Source: an uncultured Phycisphaerales bacterium
GTDB lineage: Bacteria > Planctomycetota > Phycisphaerae > Tepidisphaerales > Tepidisphaeraceae
Reading direction: 5' to 3'
DNA length: 64,000 nucleotides
Assembly (NCBI GenBank): GCA_963755915.1
Contig: CAVWLP010000002.1
Span: 2,880,001 to 2,944,000, forward strand
The notes under the pieces: model-generated
What the model was told of the DNA's origin: nothing
The model's database searches: none
What the model saw: only the letters and a program-made list of their open reading frames with translations
Shown: positions 43,618 through 52,744 of the stretch, piece by piece
How positions within the stretch are numbered: the first letter of the stretch is position 1
Layout of the letters: each line of letters starts with the position of its first letter
Made by a program: the position numbers and the translations under genes

Positions 43618-44364
43618 TCACGCCATCCCCGCATCCCTCCCCACCATCATCTCATACGCCCCATCCACCATCTCCAGAATCCTCTTGAGCAACCTTGGCT
43701 CATCCTTCATCAACGTCGAGTCCACCGCCGAGTCGAACATCACCCGCGGCAACCCCGCGCGACCCAAATGATATTGCAACAGCAGCCGATTCAGAATCCC
43801 GTTGAAGCTCGGCACCAGCGGCTCGGCGTTGAGCTGCGCATGCACATGCGCGATCTCCGTAATCGCCGGCTGAAGCCGGAAGCGCGGTGAGTTGATCCGC
43901 CTCACCACGTTTTCCAGCCGAAGCAGGTTGCTCTCATCGAGAGCCGCCAGCGACAGGCCGCAACTGATCGACGTATACCACCGCAGCACGGTTTGCGAAG
44001 TTAGGGTCGCCCCCGCGCGCAGGGAGGATTCGATCCGGCGAAGGATTGCCACATGGTTTCGAATCCTCTGCGCCGTGCGCGATCGAAACCCCCTCGCCGA
44101 CCATCCGTGCGAGATCGCCGCCGTGATTTCGTCCTGATCGAGGCTGATCCCTTCAAGCTGAAAGCTGCTGAGCGTATTAACGGCGAAATATTCCGCCGGC
44201 AGGTTCGCCGGCTTGGGCGAATTCGCCCGCGCGGCCATCCGGCGTTTGCGCTGGATCACCCGCAGCCAGCGCGGCCAGTCAATTCGAATTCCCACCTTCC
44301 CGATCCGCAAAGACCGGGAGTGACCATTCCCATGATTGGGATGCAAATGCTCGGAACCGCTCAC
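43618..44364 (-). CDS. Fic-fold-like protein with degenerate motif
   Basis: SSFQLEGISL, RNHVAI, and AHVHAQL...PLVPSFNGILNRLL...L.RAG resemble the Fic core. Confidence 0.55.
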   Translation of the reverse strand: MSGSEHLHPNHGNGHSRSLRIGKVGIRIDWPRWLRVIQRKRRMAARANSPKPANLPAEYFAVNTLSSFQLEGISLDQDEITAAISHGWSARGFRSRTAQRIRNHVAILRRIESSLRAGATLTSQTVLRWYTSISCGLSLAALDESNLLRLENVVRRINSPRFRLQPAITEIAHVHAQLNAEPLVPSFNGILNRLLLQYHLGRAGLPRVMFDSAVDSTLMKDEPRLLKRILEMVDGAYEMMVGRDAGMA

Positions 44365-44421
44365 GAATGACCCCGGTTCTTTCCCGCCCCTGAAACTGCC
44401 CCCAAATCCAAGAATGCCCGT

Positions 44422-44760
44422 TCACAACGCCTGTTCGTTGGTCTCACCCGTTCGGATGCGAACCACCTGTGCGACCGGATAGACGAATATCTTTCCATCA
44501 CCAACTTCCCCGGACCTGGCCGCCTCGACGATGGCATTGACGGCCTTTTCGCTTTCATCTTCTTTGACGCAAACCTTGATGAGCACCTTGGGGACAAATC
44601 CGACGTCCATCCTCGCGCCGCGATAGCGCTCGGTGTGTCCCATCTGCCGGCCGAAGCCTTTGCATTCGATGGCGGTGACGCCCAGAATTCCGATTTTCGC
44701 CAGGCCCTGCTTAACCGCGTCGATCTTGTGCGGCTTAATAACGGCTTCGATCATTTGCAT
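44422..44760 (-). CDS. glnB: P-II nitrogen regulatory protein (GlnB/GlnK family)
   Basis: AVIKP, KGFGRQ.GHTE.YRGA, PK, GEVGDGKIFV, VRIRTGE. Confidence 0.93.
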   Translation of the reverse strand: MQMIEAVIKPHKIDAVKQGLAKIGILGVTAIECKGFGRQMGHTERYRGARMDVGFVPKVLIKVCVKEDESEKAVNAIVEAARSGEVGDGKIFVYPVAQVVRIRTGETNEQAL

Positions 44761-45082
44761 AGGGGTTCCTTGCAGCAAACTTCCAGCAGGCAGTCACGCG
44801 AAAAAGCGCGCACTGCCGACTCGGCCGGAAGTTTACCCGGAACGCCGATGCGCAACCACTAAATGGGGCGTCACGATTCGAAAACAGGGTGCGAAAGCGC
44901 TCCCCTTCGGGTCGCGGCTAAACGGCAGCCCTTGTGTGGCTGAATCGGGATTTCCCAGTTGACGTTCTTGGATACAATATTGATGCCAATTCGGATTTTA
45001 CGTAATAGGTGGGGATGCCCCGCCTAAAAACGATGCACCGCGCGCCACGCCCCCTGAAAATGCTTCCCATTTTGGCAGGATG

Positions 45083-45841
45083 CTACAGCTTCCCAAGCTG
45101 CATCACCGCCGCCCGGAAATCCTTGGGTGGGGGGGATTCGATGGTCATTTCGTTGCCGTTGGGATGCTGGAATCGTAGCCGATGCGCGTGCAGCGTCAGC
45201 CGCCCGATCAGCGGTCGCTCCGGATCCCGGCCGGAAGGGCGGTAGTCCGACTTAAACTGGCTCAAAAATAATCCCGGCGCATCGCCGGGTTTTGACGGGT
45301 TGTAGAGGGTATCGATCGCCAGTGGCAGGCCGATCGATTTTAAATGTACGCGGATCTGATGCGTCCGGCCGGTCCTGGGAAAGCATCTCAACAGCGTGAA
45401 TCGCCGCATCCGCTGCTCGACCTTCCAGTTCGTCCGCGCCGGCCGGCCATGCTTGGAGACCGCCATTCGATCCCGGCTGGAGGAATGCAGCGCCAGCGCG
45501 GCGTCGATCTGCCCTTCGTCCGCCGGTGGTTTGCCCCAGACCAGGGCCAGATACTCTTTCTCGACCCGGTTGTTCTGGAACTGCTCAGAGATTCGCCGCT
45601 GGGCGTCGATGTCCTTCGCGAAAAGCAGGACGCCGCTGGTCTCCTTGTCGAGCCGATGGACGACCCGCAGCCGGGGATCGGCCGTTCCGGTGCAGGGAAT
45701 GCCGATCTGCCGCGAGAGCATCTGAAGCACGCTGTCGATTTCACCGCGGCCGGGGATGGTGGCAAGATAGGGCGGCTTCGCAACCGCGATAATCCGCTCA
45801 TCTTCCGCCAGAACAACAAGTTCGCTCGATTTGATACTCAA
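45083..45841 (-). CDS. RluA family pseudouridine synthase
   Basis: AKPP, VHRLDKETSGVLLFAK, KEYLALV, TGRTHQIRVHL, LHAHRL. Confidence 0.92.
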   Translation of the reverse strand: MSIKSSELVVLAEDERIIAVAKPPYLATIPGRGEIDSVLQMLSRQIGIPCTGTADPRLRVVHRLDKETSGVLLFAKDIDAQRRISEQFQNNRVEKEYLALVWGKPPADEGQIDAALALHSSSRDRMAVSKHGRPARTNWKVEQRMRRFTLLRCFPRTGRTHQIRVHLKSIGLPLAIDTLYNPSKPGDAPGLFLSQFKSDYRPSGRDPERPLIGRLTLHAHRLRFQHPNGNEMTIESPPPKDFRAAVMQLGKL

Positions 45842-45849
45842 AACTCCGG

Positions 45850-45878
45850 TTGACGCTCTATTCCAGGGGTTCTACTAT
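45850..45878 (+). promoter_or_regulatory. Sigma70-like promoter for the GT2 gene
   Basis: TTGACG-17 nt-TACTAT, followed by AAGGAG RBS. Confidence 0.65.
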
Positions 45879-45915
45879 GACGGCAGCATCGGGTGAACAT
45901 CAAGGAGTATAGCGA

Positions 45916-46674
45916 TTGCGATTACTGATAGCCGTCCCGGTCTTCAATGAGCTGAAGTACGTCGGCCGGGTGCTGGACAAAATACACACCTTCTGGCCCG
46001 ATGTCCTCGTCGTCGACGACGGCAGCACCGACGGCACCGGAGAACTCCTGGCCGCCCGAACCGATATCCGCCTCATCCGCAGGTCCGATAACCGCGGATA
46101 TGGCCAAAGCCTCATCGACGCCTTCGATTTCGCCGACGGGGCCGGCTATGACTGGGTCATCACCATGGACTGCGACGAGCAGCATGAGCCGGAGACCATC
46201 CCCGATTTCATCCGCGAGATCGAGACCGACCGCTGGGACCTGATCAGCGGCTCGCGCTACCTCCGCCCGCGGGGGGATGACGATCTCCCGCCAACCGAAC
46301 GCCGCGCGGTGAACACGACCATCACGACCATTGTCAACGATCTGTTCCATCTCGGCCTCACCGACGCGTTCTGTGGGTTTAAAGCCCACCGAGTTTCGGC
46401 CATGCGGCGGCTTCGCCTCGATGAGCCGGGCTATGCGTTTCCCCTTCAGCTTTGGCCGCAGGTGGCGGCCGCAAAGCTGCGGGTGACAGAAATCCCCGTC
46501 CGCCTCATCTACAACGACCCTAGCCGGCACTTTGGCGGCAACCTCGACGACGTCGGCCATCGCCTGCGGCATTATCTTGATGTCCTCACGCGCGAAGTGG
46601 ATCGTCTGGCGATCAATCCTCTGCCCCCGCCGGTCCAGCGCGAGGCCGAGCAGTCCTGCTGTTGTTGCGAATAA
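45916..46674 (+). CDS. GT2 glycosyltransferase (Dpm1/ArnC-like)
   Basis: VPVFNE, VVDDGSTDGT, NRGYG, TMDCDEQH, SGSRY, TDAFCGFKA. Confidence 0.9.
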   Translation: MRLLIAVPVFNELKYVGRVLDKIHTFWPDVLVVDDGSTDGTGELLAARTDIRLIRRSDNRGYGQSLIDAFDFADGAGYDWVITMDCDEQHEPETIPDFIREIETDRWDLISGSRYLRPRGDDDLPPTERRAVNTTITTIVNDLFHLGLTDAFCGFKAHRVSAMRRLRLDEPGYAFPLQLWPQVAAAKLRVTEIPVRLIYNDPSRHFGGNLDDVGHRLRHYLDVLTREVDRLAINPLPPPVQREAEQSCCCCE

Positions 46675-46686
46675 TCATCGATCCAC

Positions 46687-48171
46687 ATGATCCAGGAATT
46701 CTCCGCGTATCCCGACTGGAAAGCGCCGGCCGAGGACTCGGCCATGGTCATCTGGCCCGAGCCGTCGAGAATTCTTTCCGAGACCCTTGAAAATCATCAG
46801 CGATTGTCCGCCTGGGATTCGCCGCTGGGAGAGCTTCGCCGCCGCCAGCGGGAAATGCTTCGGCTCAGCGAAGACCGCCCGGTGATTGCCAGCGGGCATC
46901 AGACCGAATTATTTCACCCCGGTGTCTGGGCCAAGCTGGCGATGCTGGACGCCGCGGCCCGGCCGCTCGATGCGGATTGCCTCTTCGCGGCCGTCGATAC
47001 GGATGCCCCGAAGCACCTGCAATTTCGCTGGCCGGGGCAATCGATGCCGATCACCGATGATCCGCGATTGGCCGGCGCCCAGTGGTGCGGCCTGCTGGAA
47101 GGGCCATCGACGGGGCACATCGAGCGAATCCGCAATGCCTTTCGCGCCACCGCCGAGCGCTGGTCGTTCGCCTCAATGGCGGGCGATTTTCTGGACGATC
47201 TCGCCGAACAATCCTCGCGAAAATCGACGTTATCCGCGGACCTGACGGCGGCGATGTACCGCCTCGACTGGAACCTGGGGCTGAGGCATCAATCGATCGT
47301 CGTTTTGGGGCTTTGGAGCAATGAGCCCTATCTGGCCTTCGTCTGTCACCTCCTCGGAAATGCCGATTCTTTTGCCGAGGCCTACAACCGGGCACTGGAT
47401 GAATATCGCCTGGCGCATGGAATCGACAACCCCGGCCGGCCGATGCCCGACCTCTGCTGGAAAGAGGGCAAATGCGAAGTGCCGTTCTGGCTGGACGATC
47501 TTTCCGGACAGAAGCGCTCCCGGGCGTGCGTGCAGGAAGATGGGCATGATTGGCGGTTGAATGCCGCCGGCGATTCGATTGCCTTCAGCTCCGATTTTGA
47601 TTCCGCCGCTGCGGGGCGGCTTCACGAATTTCTCCAAAGGCACAACCTTCGCCTTTCCCCCCGCGCGCTGACGCTGACGATGTTCCTCCGCCTGATGGTT
47701 GTCGATCAGTTCGTCCACGGAATCGGCGGCGGAAGATACGAACAGGTGAACGATCGCGTGATCCACGCATTTTTCGGTATCGATCCGCCCGCGTTCTCTG
47801 TAACAACCGCCACCCTCTATTTCCCCGCAGCAGTAGGGCGGCAGCGCGTCTGTTTACCCTGCCTGGCCCACGAGGGGCATCGCCTTCGCCATGCCGTCAT
47901 GGGGGACGACAAGATGCAGCTCGTTCGGCAGATTGCCCAGGCTCCGCGGCGCTCCCTGCAGCGGCAGCAGATCTTCAGCCAGATGCATTCCCGCCGGGCC
48001 ACGGCCGTTCAGATCGACCCCAGCGTCCACAAATGGCAGCAGCGATTGGCCGAAGCCGTGCGAAGGAATGCCGACGAGCAGGGGATGTTCGATCGCGAGC
48101 TTTTCTACGGAATCCAGCCCAAAAACCGCCTTGAAGGCCTGATTCAGCGCTACCAGCAGCAATTCATTTGA
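46687..48171 (+). CDS. Conserved hypothetical protein, possibly distantly BshC-like
   Basis: VIASGHQTELFHPGVWAK, AAVDTD, PRAL, FVHGIGGGRYE. Confidence 0.6.
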   Translation: MIQEFSAYPDWKAPAEDSAMVIWPEPSRILSETLENHQRLSAWDSPLGELRRRQREMLRLSEDRPVIASGHQTELFHPGVWAKLAMLDAAARPLDADCLFAAVDTDAPKHLQFRWPGQSMPITDDPRLAGAQWCGLLEGPSTGHIERIRNAFRATAERWSFASMAGDFLDDLAEQSSRKSTLSADLTAAMYRLDWNLGLRHQSIVVLGLWSNEPYLAFVCHLLGNADSFAEAYNRALDEYRLAHGIDNPGRPMPDLCWKEGKCEVPFWLDDLSGQKRSRACVQEDGHDWRLNAAGDSIAFSSDFDSAAAGRLHEFLQRHNLRLSPRALTLTMFLRLMVVDQFVHGIGGGRYEQVNDRVIHAFFGIDPPAFSVTTATLYFPAAVGRQRVCLPCLAHEGHRLRHAVMGDDKMQLVRQIAQAPRRSLQRQQIFSQMHSRRATAVQIDPSVHKWQQRLAEAVRRNADEQGMFDRELFYGIQPKNRLEGLIQRYQQQFI

Positions 48172-48223
48172 TTTTCCGAACCGCCCCTTGCCTGAAAAAT
48201 CCGTTCCGCTAGTCTACCGGAAG

Positions 48224-48311
48224 GTCTCACGCAGAGGCGCAAAGGCGCAGAGATTTAAAAGGTCAATGCATTGCCCTTGTCTTCTCTGCGCCTTCCGCCT
48301 CTGCGTGAGAC
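48224..48311. repeat. REP-like inverted repeat pair upstream of sat
   Basis: GTCTCACGCAGAGGCGCAAAGGCGCAGAGA ... TCTCTGCGCCTTCCGCCTCTGCGTGAGAC. Confidence 0.8.
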
Positions 48312-48343
48312 ATTTATTTCTTCAGCAAAAAGGAGCAGATTGA

Positions 48344-49503
48344 ATGTCGCTGGTCGCGCCGCATGGGGGAAGCTTGTAAATCGAATCGTCGAGGGGTCCG
48401 CCGCCGCAGCGCTGTCGAAAGAGGCGGCCGCGCTGCCATCGCTGGTGCTTTCGCCGCGCGAGCAGTTCGACCTGGAAATGATCTCCATTGGCGCGTTTTC
48501 GCCGCTGACGGGCTTTCAGGGCAAGGCGGATTTCGAATCCGTGTGCAAGAACCTGCGGCTCGCCAACGGCACCGTCTGGCCGATTCCAGTCGTCCTCTGC
48601 CCCGCAAACGACCAGGCGGAAAAAATCCAGGTCGGACAGCGAATCGCCCTCAAGGATTCCCAGGGCCGACTCCTGGCCGTGATGAAGGTCGACGAAAAAT
48701 ACCGGCACGATAAAGAGCTGGAGATTCCCAACGTCTATAAAACCCAGGAAGACGCCCATCCCGGCGTGGCCCTGGTCCGCAAGCAGGGGGATTTCTGCCT
48801 CGGTGGGGCGGTCGACATTATCCAGGCGAATTACGAGCCGGAGTTCCCCGAATACCGCCTCCCCCCCGCAAAGACGCGCGAAGCCTTCGCATCGCGCGGC
48901 TGGAGCACGGTCGCTGCTTTCCAGACCCGCAATCCCATCCACCGCTCCCACGAATATCTCACCAAGTGCGCCCTGGAAATGACCGATGGCCTGCTCATTC
49001 ATCCCCTCGTCGGCGAAACCAAGTCGGACGACATCCCCGCTAACGTCAGAATGGAGTGCTACAAAACTCTCATTGATGGGTATTACAACAAAGAGCGGAC
49101 GATGCTGACGGTCATGCCCCTGGCCATGCGTTATGCCGGGCCCCGGGAAGCCATTTTGCACGCGATTATCCGCAAGAATTACGGCTGCACCCATTTCATC
49201 GTCGGCCGCGATCACGCCGGCGTGGGGAATTATTACGGCACCTACGACGCCCAGAAGATCTTCGACCAGTTCGACATTCCCCGCGATATCGGCGTAACGA
49301 TCCTGAAGTTCGAGCACACCGCCTGGTGCAAAGCCTGTGCGGCCGTGGTCTCGGTGAAAACCTGCCCGCACGGTCCGGACCAGAAGGTGGCTCCCAGCGG
49401 AACCAAGGTAAGGGAACTGCTCCGTGCCGGGCAGCGGCCGCCCAATGAGTTCAGCCGGCCGGAAGTCGCCGACATTCTCATCAAGTGGGCGCAGTCCGTC
49501 TGA
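48344..49503 (+). CDS. sat: Sulfate adenylyltransferase; frameshift in a G-run near 48367
   Basis: AAGGAG RBS then MSLVAPHG(G)KLV, GAFSPLTGF, AFQTRNPIHRSH, MRYAGPREA, VGRDHAGVG, SGTKVR. Confidence 0.95.
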
Positions 49504-49607
49504 GCGGAATGATTCGGCGGAAATTTTTGGAGGAGGGGCGGGACGCGCCATTGCATCGCGTGGTTGAACTCGCTAGGCTCTGGCTTTCGTAGCTCACATT
49601 TAAAAAT

Positions 49608-50009
49608 ATGAATCGACTCCCCGACCCAGAAGTCCCGGGCGGCAACGGCCCGTCCGTACCTCAGCCGTCCGTGCCTCAGCCATCCGCGCCGCAAGCGCAT
49701 GCCGGATGCGCCCGTCCCGTTGTCAGCGTCGAGCGCGACCGCCGCCGCGAAAACCGCAAGCCCGTGCAGGGCAAAGCGACCCTCACCGTTCTCGACGGCG
49801 CCAACGCCGGCGCAGCCTTTGAAATCATGACCCGCGACCTCTCCTTCAGCGGCATCTCCTTTCTCCTCCGCGAATCGCTCGCCGTCGGGCAAACCTGCAA
49901 GATCGAAATCACCGGCAACGGCCCGACACAGAGAAAAATCTGCGAGGTCGTCCGCTCCCGCCCCCTCAGCAACGGCAAGTTTGAAATGGCCGTAAAAATC
50001 AGGGATTAA
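49608..50009 (+). CDS. PilZ-domain protein
   Basis: DRRRENR (RxxxR) and DLSFSG (DxSxxG), EVVR. Confidence 0.8.
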   Translation: MNRLPDPEVPGGNGPSVPQPSVPQPSAPQAHAGCARPVVSVERDRRRENRKPVQGKATLTVLDGANAGAAFEIMTRDLSFSGISFLLRESLAVGQTCKIEITGNGPTQRKICEVVRSRPLSNGKFEMAVKIRD

Positions 50010-50101
50010 TTGATCGTCCGCCGCCGGGGGAGCTTTAATCCCCTATTCCCTTCCGATACAATAGCGCCGCGCTCACACAGTCCCTTTGGGAGATAAATTT
50101 C

Positions 50102-50551
50102 GTGGCCCAGGCCGACATTGACATTGCCGATGAAAAAATGCTCCCCCGCGCGGTCGAGCTTTACAACGCCATTTTCCGCCCCAAGCGCGAGGTCGATTTC
50201 TTCAAACGCCGCTTCATGGGCCGGTACAACACCCTGACCCTGATCGCCCGCATGGACAACAAGCCGGTCGGCTTCTGGATCGGCTTTGAGCTTAAGCCGG
50301 GGATGTTTTACCAGTGGCTCGGGGCAGTATTGCCGGATGTTCGCCGGCAGGGGGTCGGCCGGCAGCTTCAGGAAGCCCAGCAGGCCTGGTCGAAGGATCA
50401 CGGATACGAGTACATCCGCTGCGAATGCATGAACCATCAGCGCGAGTTCATCCATTTCGCGATTGCGATGGGGTATGACATCGTCGGAATTCGCTGGGAT
50501 TCAACCCACGCCGACAATCTAATTGTCTTTGAGAAGAACCTGCTGGAGTGA
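50102..50551 (+). CDS. GNAT acetyltransferase
   Basis: VLPDVRRQGVGRQL acetyl-CoA motif. Confidence 0.85.
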   Translation: MAQADIDIADEKMLPRAVELYNAIFRPKREVDFFKRRFMGRYNTLTLIARMDNKPVGFWIGFELKPGMFYQWLGAVLPDVRRQGVGRQLQEAQQAWSKDHGYEYIRCECMNHQREFIHFAIAMGYDIVGIRWDSTHADNLIVFEKNLLE

Positions 50552-50914
50552 GCCGTTGACCGGGGTGGCTTTGACGGTATGGCTTGGCACTTCCAACGCC
50601 GGCCAATATTTCCGGTCGGCCTGGGCCTGCAAATCGCTGCTCCATCCGACGACCCAAACCGTACCAATGACCAGACTGGTTACTATTGGAAACAGCAAAC
50701 GATGAAATGCGTCGTACAACATTACCAAACTTCTACCTATCACTAATACGTTCTTAGCGCTTCGTTATTGTGATATTAATAAAAAATATCGGCAAAAACC
50801 TTATCCGCTGCGAAAAAATCGCGATTTTTTTTGTCCCGGACGTGATATTCGAGCACCTCCCCACGCTCCGGAGCTAAGTATCCTGATAGATCGTCGGTTA
50901 AATCAGGGCTCCAC

Positions 50915-51772
50915 ATGACCTCGGACGCGTTCAATCAATGGCTCATGACGCTGGTGCGACCTCCGCTGGTCATGGGGATCATTAACCTCACCCCCGACAG
51001 CTTCAGCGACGGTGGCCGCGTCGCCGGTCCCGAAGCAGCCGCCGCCTATGCCCAGAAGCTTGTACAGGCAGGAGCCGATTGGCTCGATGTTGGCGGCGAA
51101 TCCACCCGCCCCGGCGCCCTCCCCGTCACGCCCGCAGAGCAGATTCGCCGCACCATCACAGCCATTGCTGAAATCCGCCGTCAGACCGCCACCCTGATCT
51201 CCATTGATACCACCCGCTCCGAAGTCGCCCGCGCGGCCCTCGACGCCGGGGCCAACGTAGTCAACGACATTTCCGCCGGCCGCGACGACCCGGCAATGTT
51301 CCCCCTCGTCGCCGAGCGCCGGGTCCCCATCATCCTCATGCACATGCAGGGAACACCCCAGACCATGCATCTTTCCCCGGTTTATGCGGACGTAACCGCC
51401 GAGGTCAGCGCCTTCCTCACCGATCGTCGCGATCAGGCCGCCGCGGCGGGGGTGAGCCCGGACAAAATCCTCTTCGACCCCGGCATCGGCTTCGGAAAAA
51501 ACGCCCCGTACGATCTTCAGCTTATCCGCGACACGTCGGCCCTGGCCGCCCTCGGCCGCCCGCTGGTTGTCGGACCAAGCCGAAAGCGCTTCATCGGCCA
51601 TATCACCGGTGAAGAACGTCCCGACCAGCGCGTCTTCGGCACCGCTGCCGTCGTCGCCTGGTGCGCCGCTAACGGCGCGGCCGTTGTCCGTGTCCATGAT
51701 GTGGGTCCGATTTCGCAGGTCGTGCGGGTCATTCAGGCCATCATCTCTCAAAAAAAGGAGAGAATTTCTTAA
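50915..51772 (+). CDS. folP: Dihydropteroate synthase
   Basis: MGIINLTPDSFSDGG, DVGGESTRPGA, SIDT, DPGIGFGK, SRKRF, RVHDV. Confidence 0.96.
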   Translation: MTSDAFNQWLMTLVRPPLVMGIINLTPDSFSDGGRVAGPEAAAAYAQKLVQAGADWLDVGGESTRPGALPVTPAEQIRRTITAIAEIRRQTATLISIDTTRSEVARAALDAGANVVNDISAGRDDPAMFPLVAERRVPIILMHMQGTPQTMHLSPVYADVTAEVSAFLTDRRDQAAAAGVSPDKILFDPGIGFGKNAPYDLQLIRDTSALAALGRPLVVGPSRKRFIGHITGEERPDQRVFGTAAVVAWCAANGAAVVRVHDVGPISQVVRVIQAIISQKKERIS

Positions 51773-51907
51773 GGATGTTTGCCCCGCCGCCCGTTTCTTT
51801 AATATAGTCCTCAGAGGCCGTTGGAATCCGGCCCAGCCGGGGGGTGCAGGCGAGCTTCACCTGGCCCCTGAACTCCTGGCCCCTGAACTCGGCGCTGAAA
51901 GCATTTC

Positions 51908-52744
51908 ATGTTCGACTGGCTCCTCGTCAACCTCGCAAACTTCTACCACGCCGTCCTGGCAATGGGGTGGTGGCGGGTCATCATCGAGCTTTTGCTGATC
52001 GGCATCGTCGTCTTCTGGGTCATCCGTTTCCTTCAGGGAACGCGCGGCGCCCGAATGCTCAAGGGGATCGCCGTCGTCCTCATCACCCTGCACCTGCTGG
52101 TGACCTTCGTCGGCGAGGCCGCCCGGCTCGACCGCCTCGTCTTCCTCTACGAGAAATTCCTGCTTTTTGCTTCGTTCGCCCTCGCCGTCGTCTTCCAGCC
52201 CGAGCTTCGCCGCGGGCTGATGCGGCTGGGCGAAACGCGCCTCTTCCGCGGCTTCAGCGACGTCATCACCCAGGACATCGAGCAACTCGTCGAATCCGCC
52301 GTCTTTCTGTCGCGGCGAAAAATCGGCGGTCTCGTGGCCATCGAGCGCGAAGTCGGCCTCGGCGGAATCGCCGAAACCGGCACCCGCATCAATGCCGATC
52401 TCTCGGCCGATCTTCTGGACACGATCTTCTGGCCCAATTCCCCCCTGCACGATCTCGGCGTCGTCGTCAGCGGCGGCCGGATCGCCTATGCCGGCGTCCA
52501 GTTTCCCCTCGCTGAGAGCGGCGAGCTGGAGCGCGAGCTCGGCAGCCGCCATCGCGCCGCTGTCGGGCTCAGCCAGGAGAGCGATGCCGTCGTTATGGTC
52601 ATTTCGGAGGAGACCGGAGACATCAGCATTGCCGAAAGCGGCAAATTGATTCGAAAGCTTACTCCCGAAGCGTTGCATGGACTGTTGAACGATTTACTCG
52701 GGGCCGGCGGAGGCGAGCGATGGCGCCGCCATCTGTCGACTTAA
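51908..52744 (+). CDS. cdaA: Diadenylate cyclase CdaA/DacA
   Basis: Three TM helices, VFQPELRRGL, IFWPNSPLHD, GSRHRAAVGLS, ISEETG. Confidence 0.92.
   Translation: MFDWLLVNLANFYHAVLAMGWWRVIIELLLIGIVVFWVIRFLQGTRGARMLKGIAVVLITLHLLVTFVGEAARLDRLVFLYEKFLLFASFALAVVFQPELRRGLMRLGETRLFRGFSDVITQDIEQLVESAVFLSRRKIGGLVAIEREVGLGGIAETGTRINADLSADLLDTIFWPNSPLHDLGVVVSGGRIAYAGVQFPLAESGELERELGSRHRAAVGLSQESDAVVMVISEETGDISIAESGKLIRKLTPEALHGLLNDLLGAGGGERWRRHLST

Noticed and set aside
44790-44960. Glutamine or c-di-GMP riboswitch upstream of glnB
   Set aside because: Some hairpins are present, but I could not match the conserved cores on the correct strand.
48271-48343. N-terminal extension of sat in the ORF track
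   Set aside because: The real start is ATG 48344 after AAGGAG. The extension arises from the G-run frameshift and reads through a repeat.
50519-50743. Small hydrophobic ORF on the minus strand
   Set aside because: It overlaps the GNAT 3' end and has no clear RBS or motif, so it cannot be supported.
51810-51905. c-di-AMP riboswitch or regulatory repeat upstream of cdaA (15-bp duplication CTGGCCCCTGAACTC x2)
   Set aside because: No ydaO consensus is visible, and a two-copy duplication alone supports no function.
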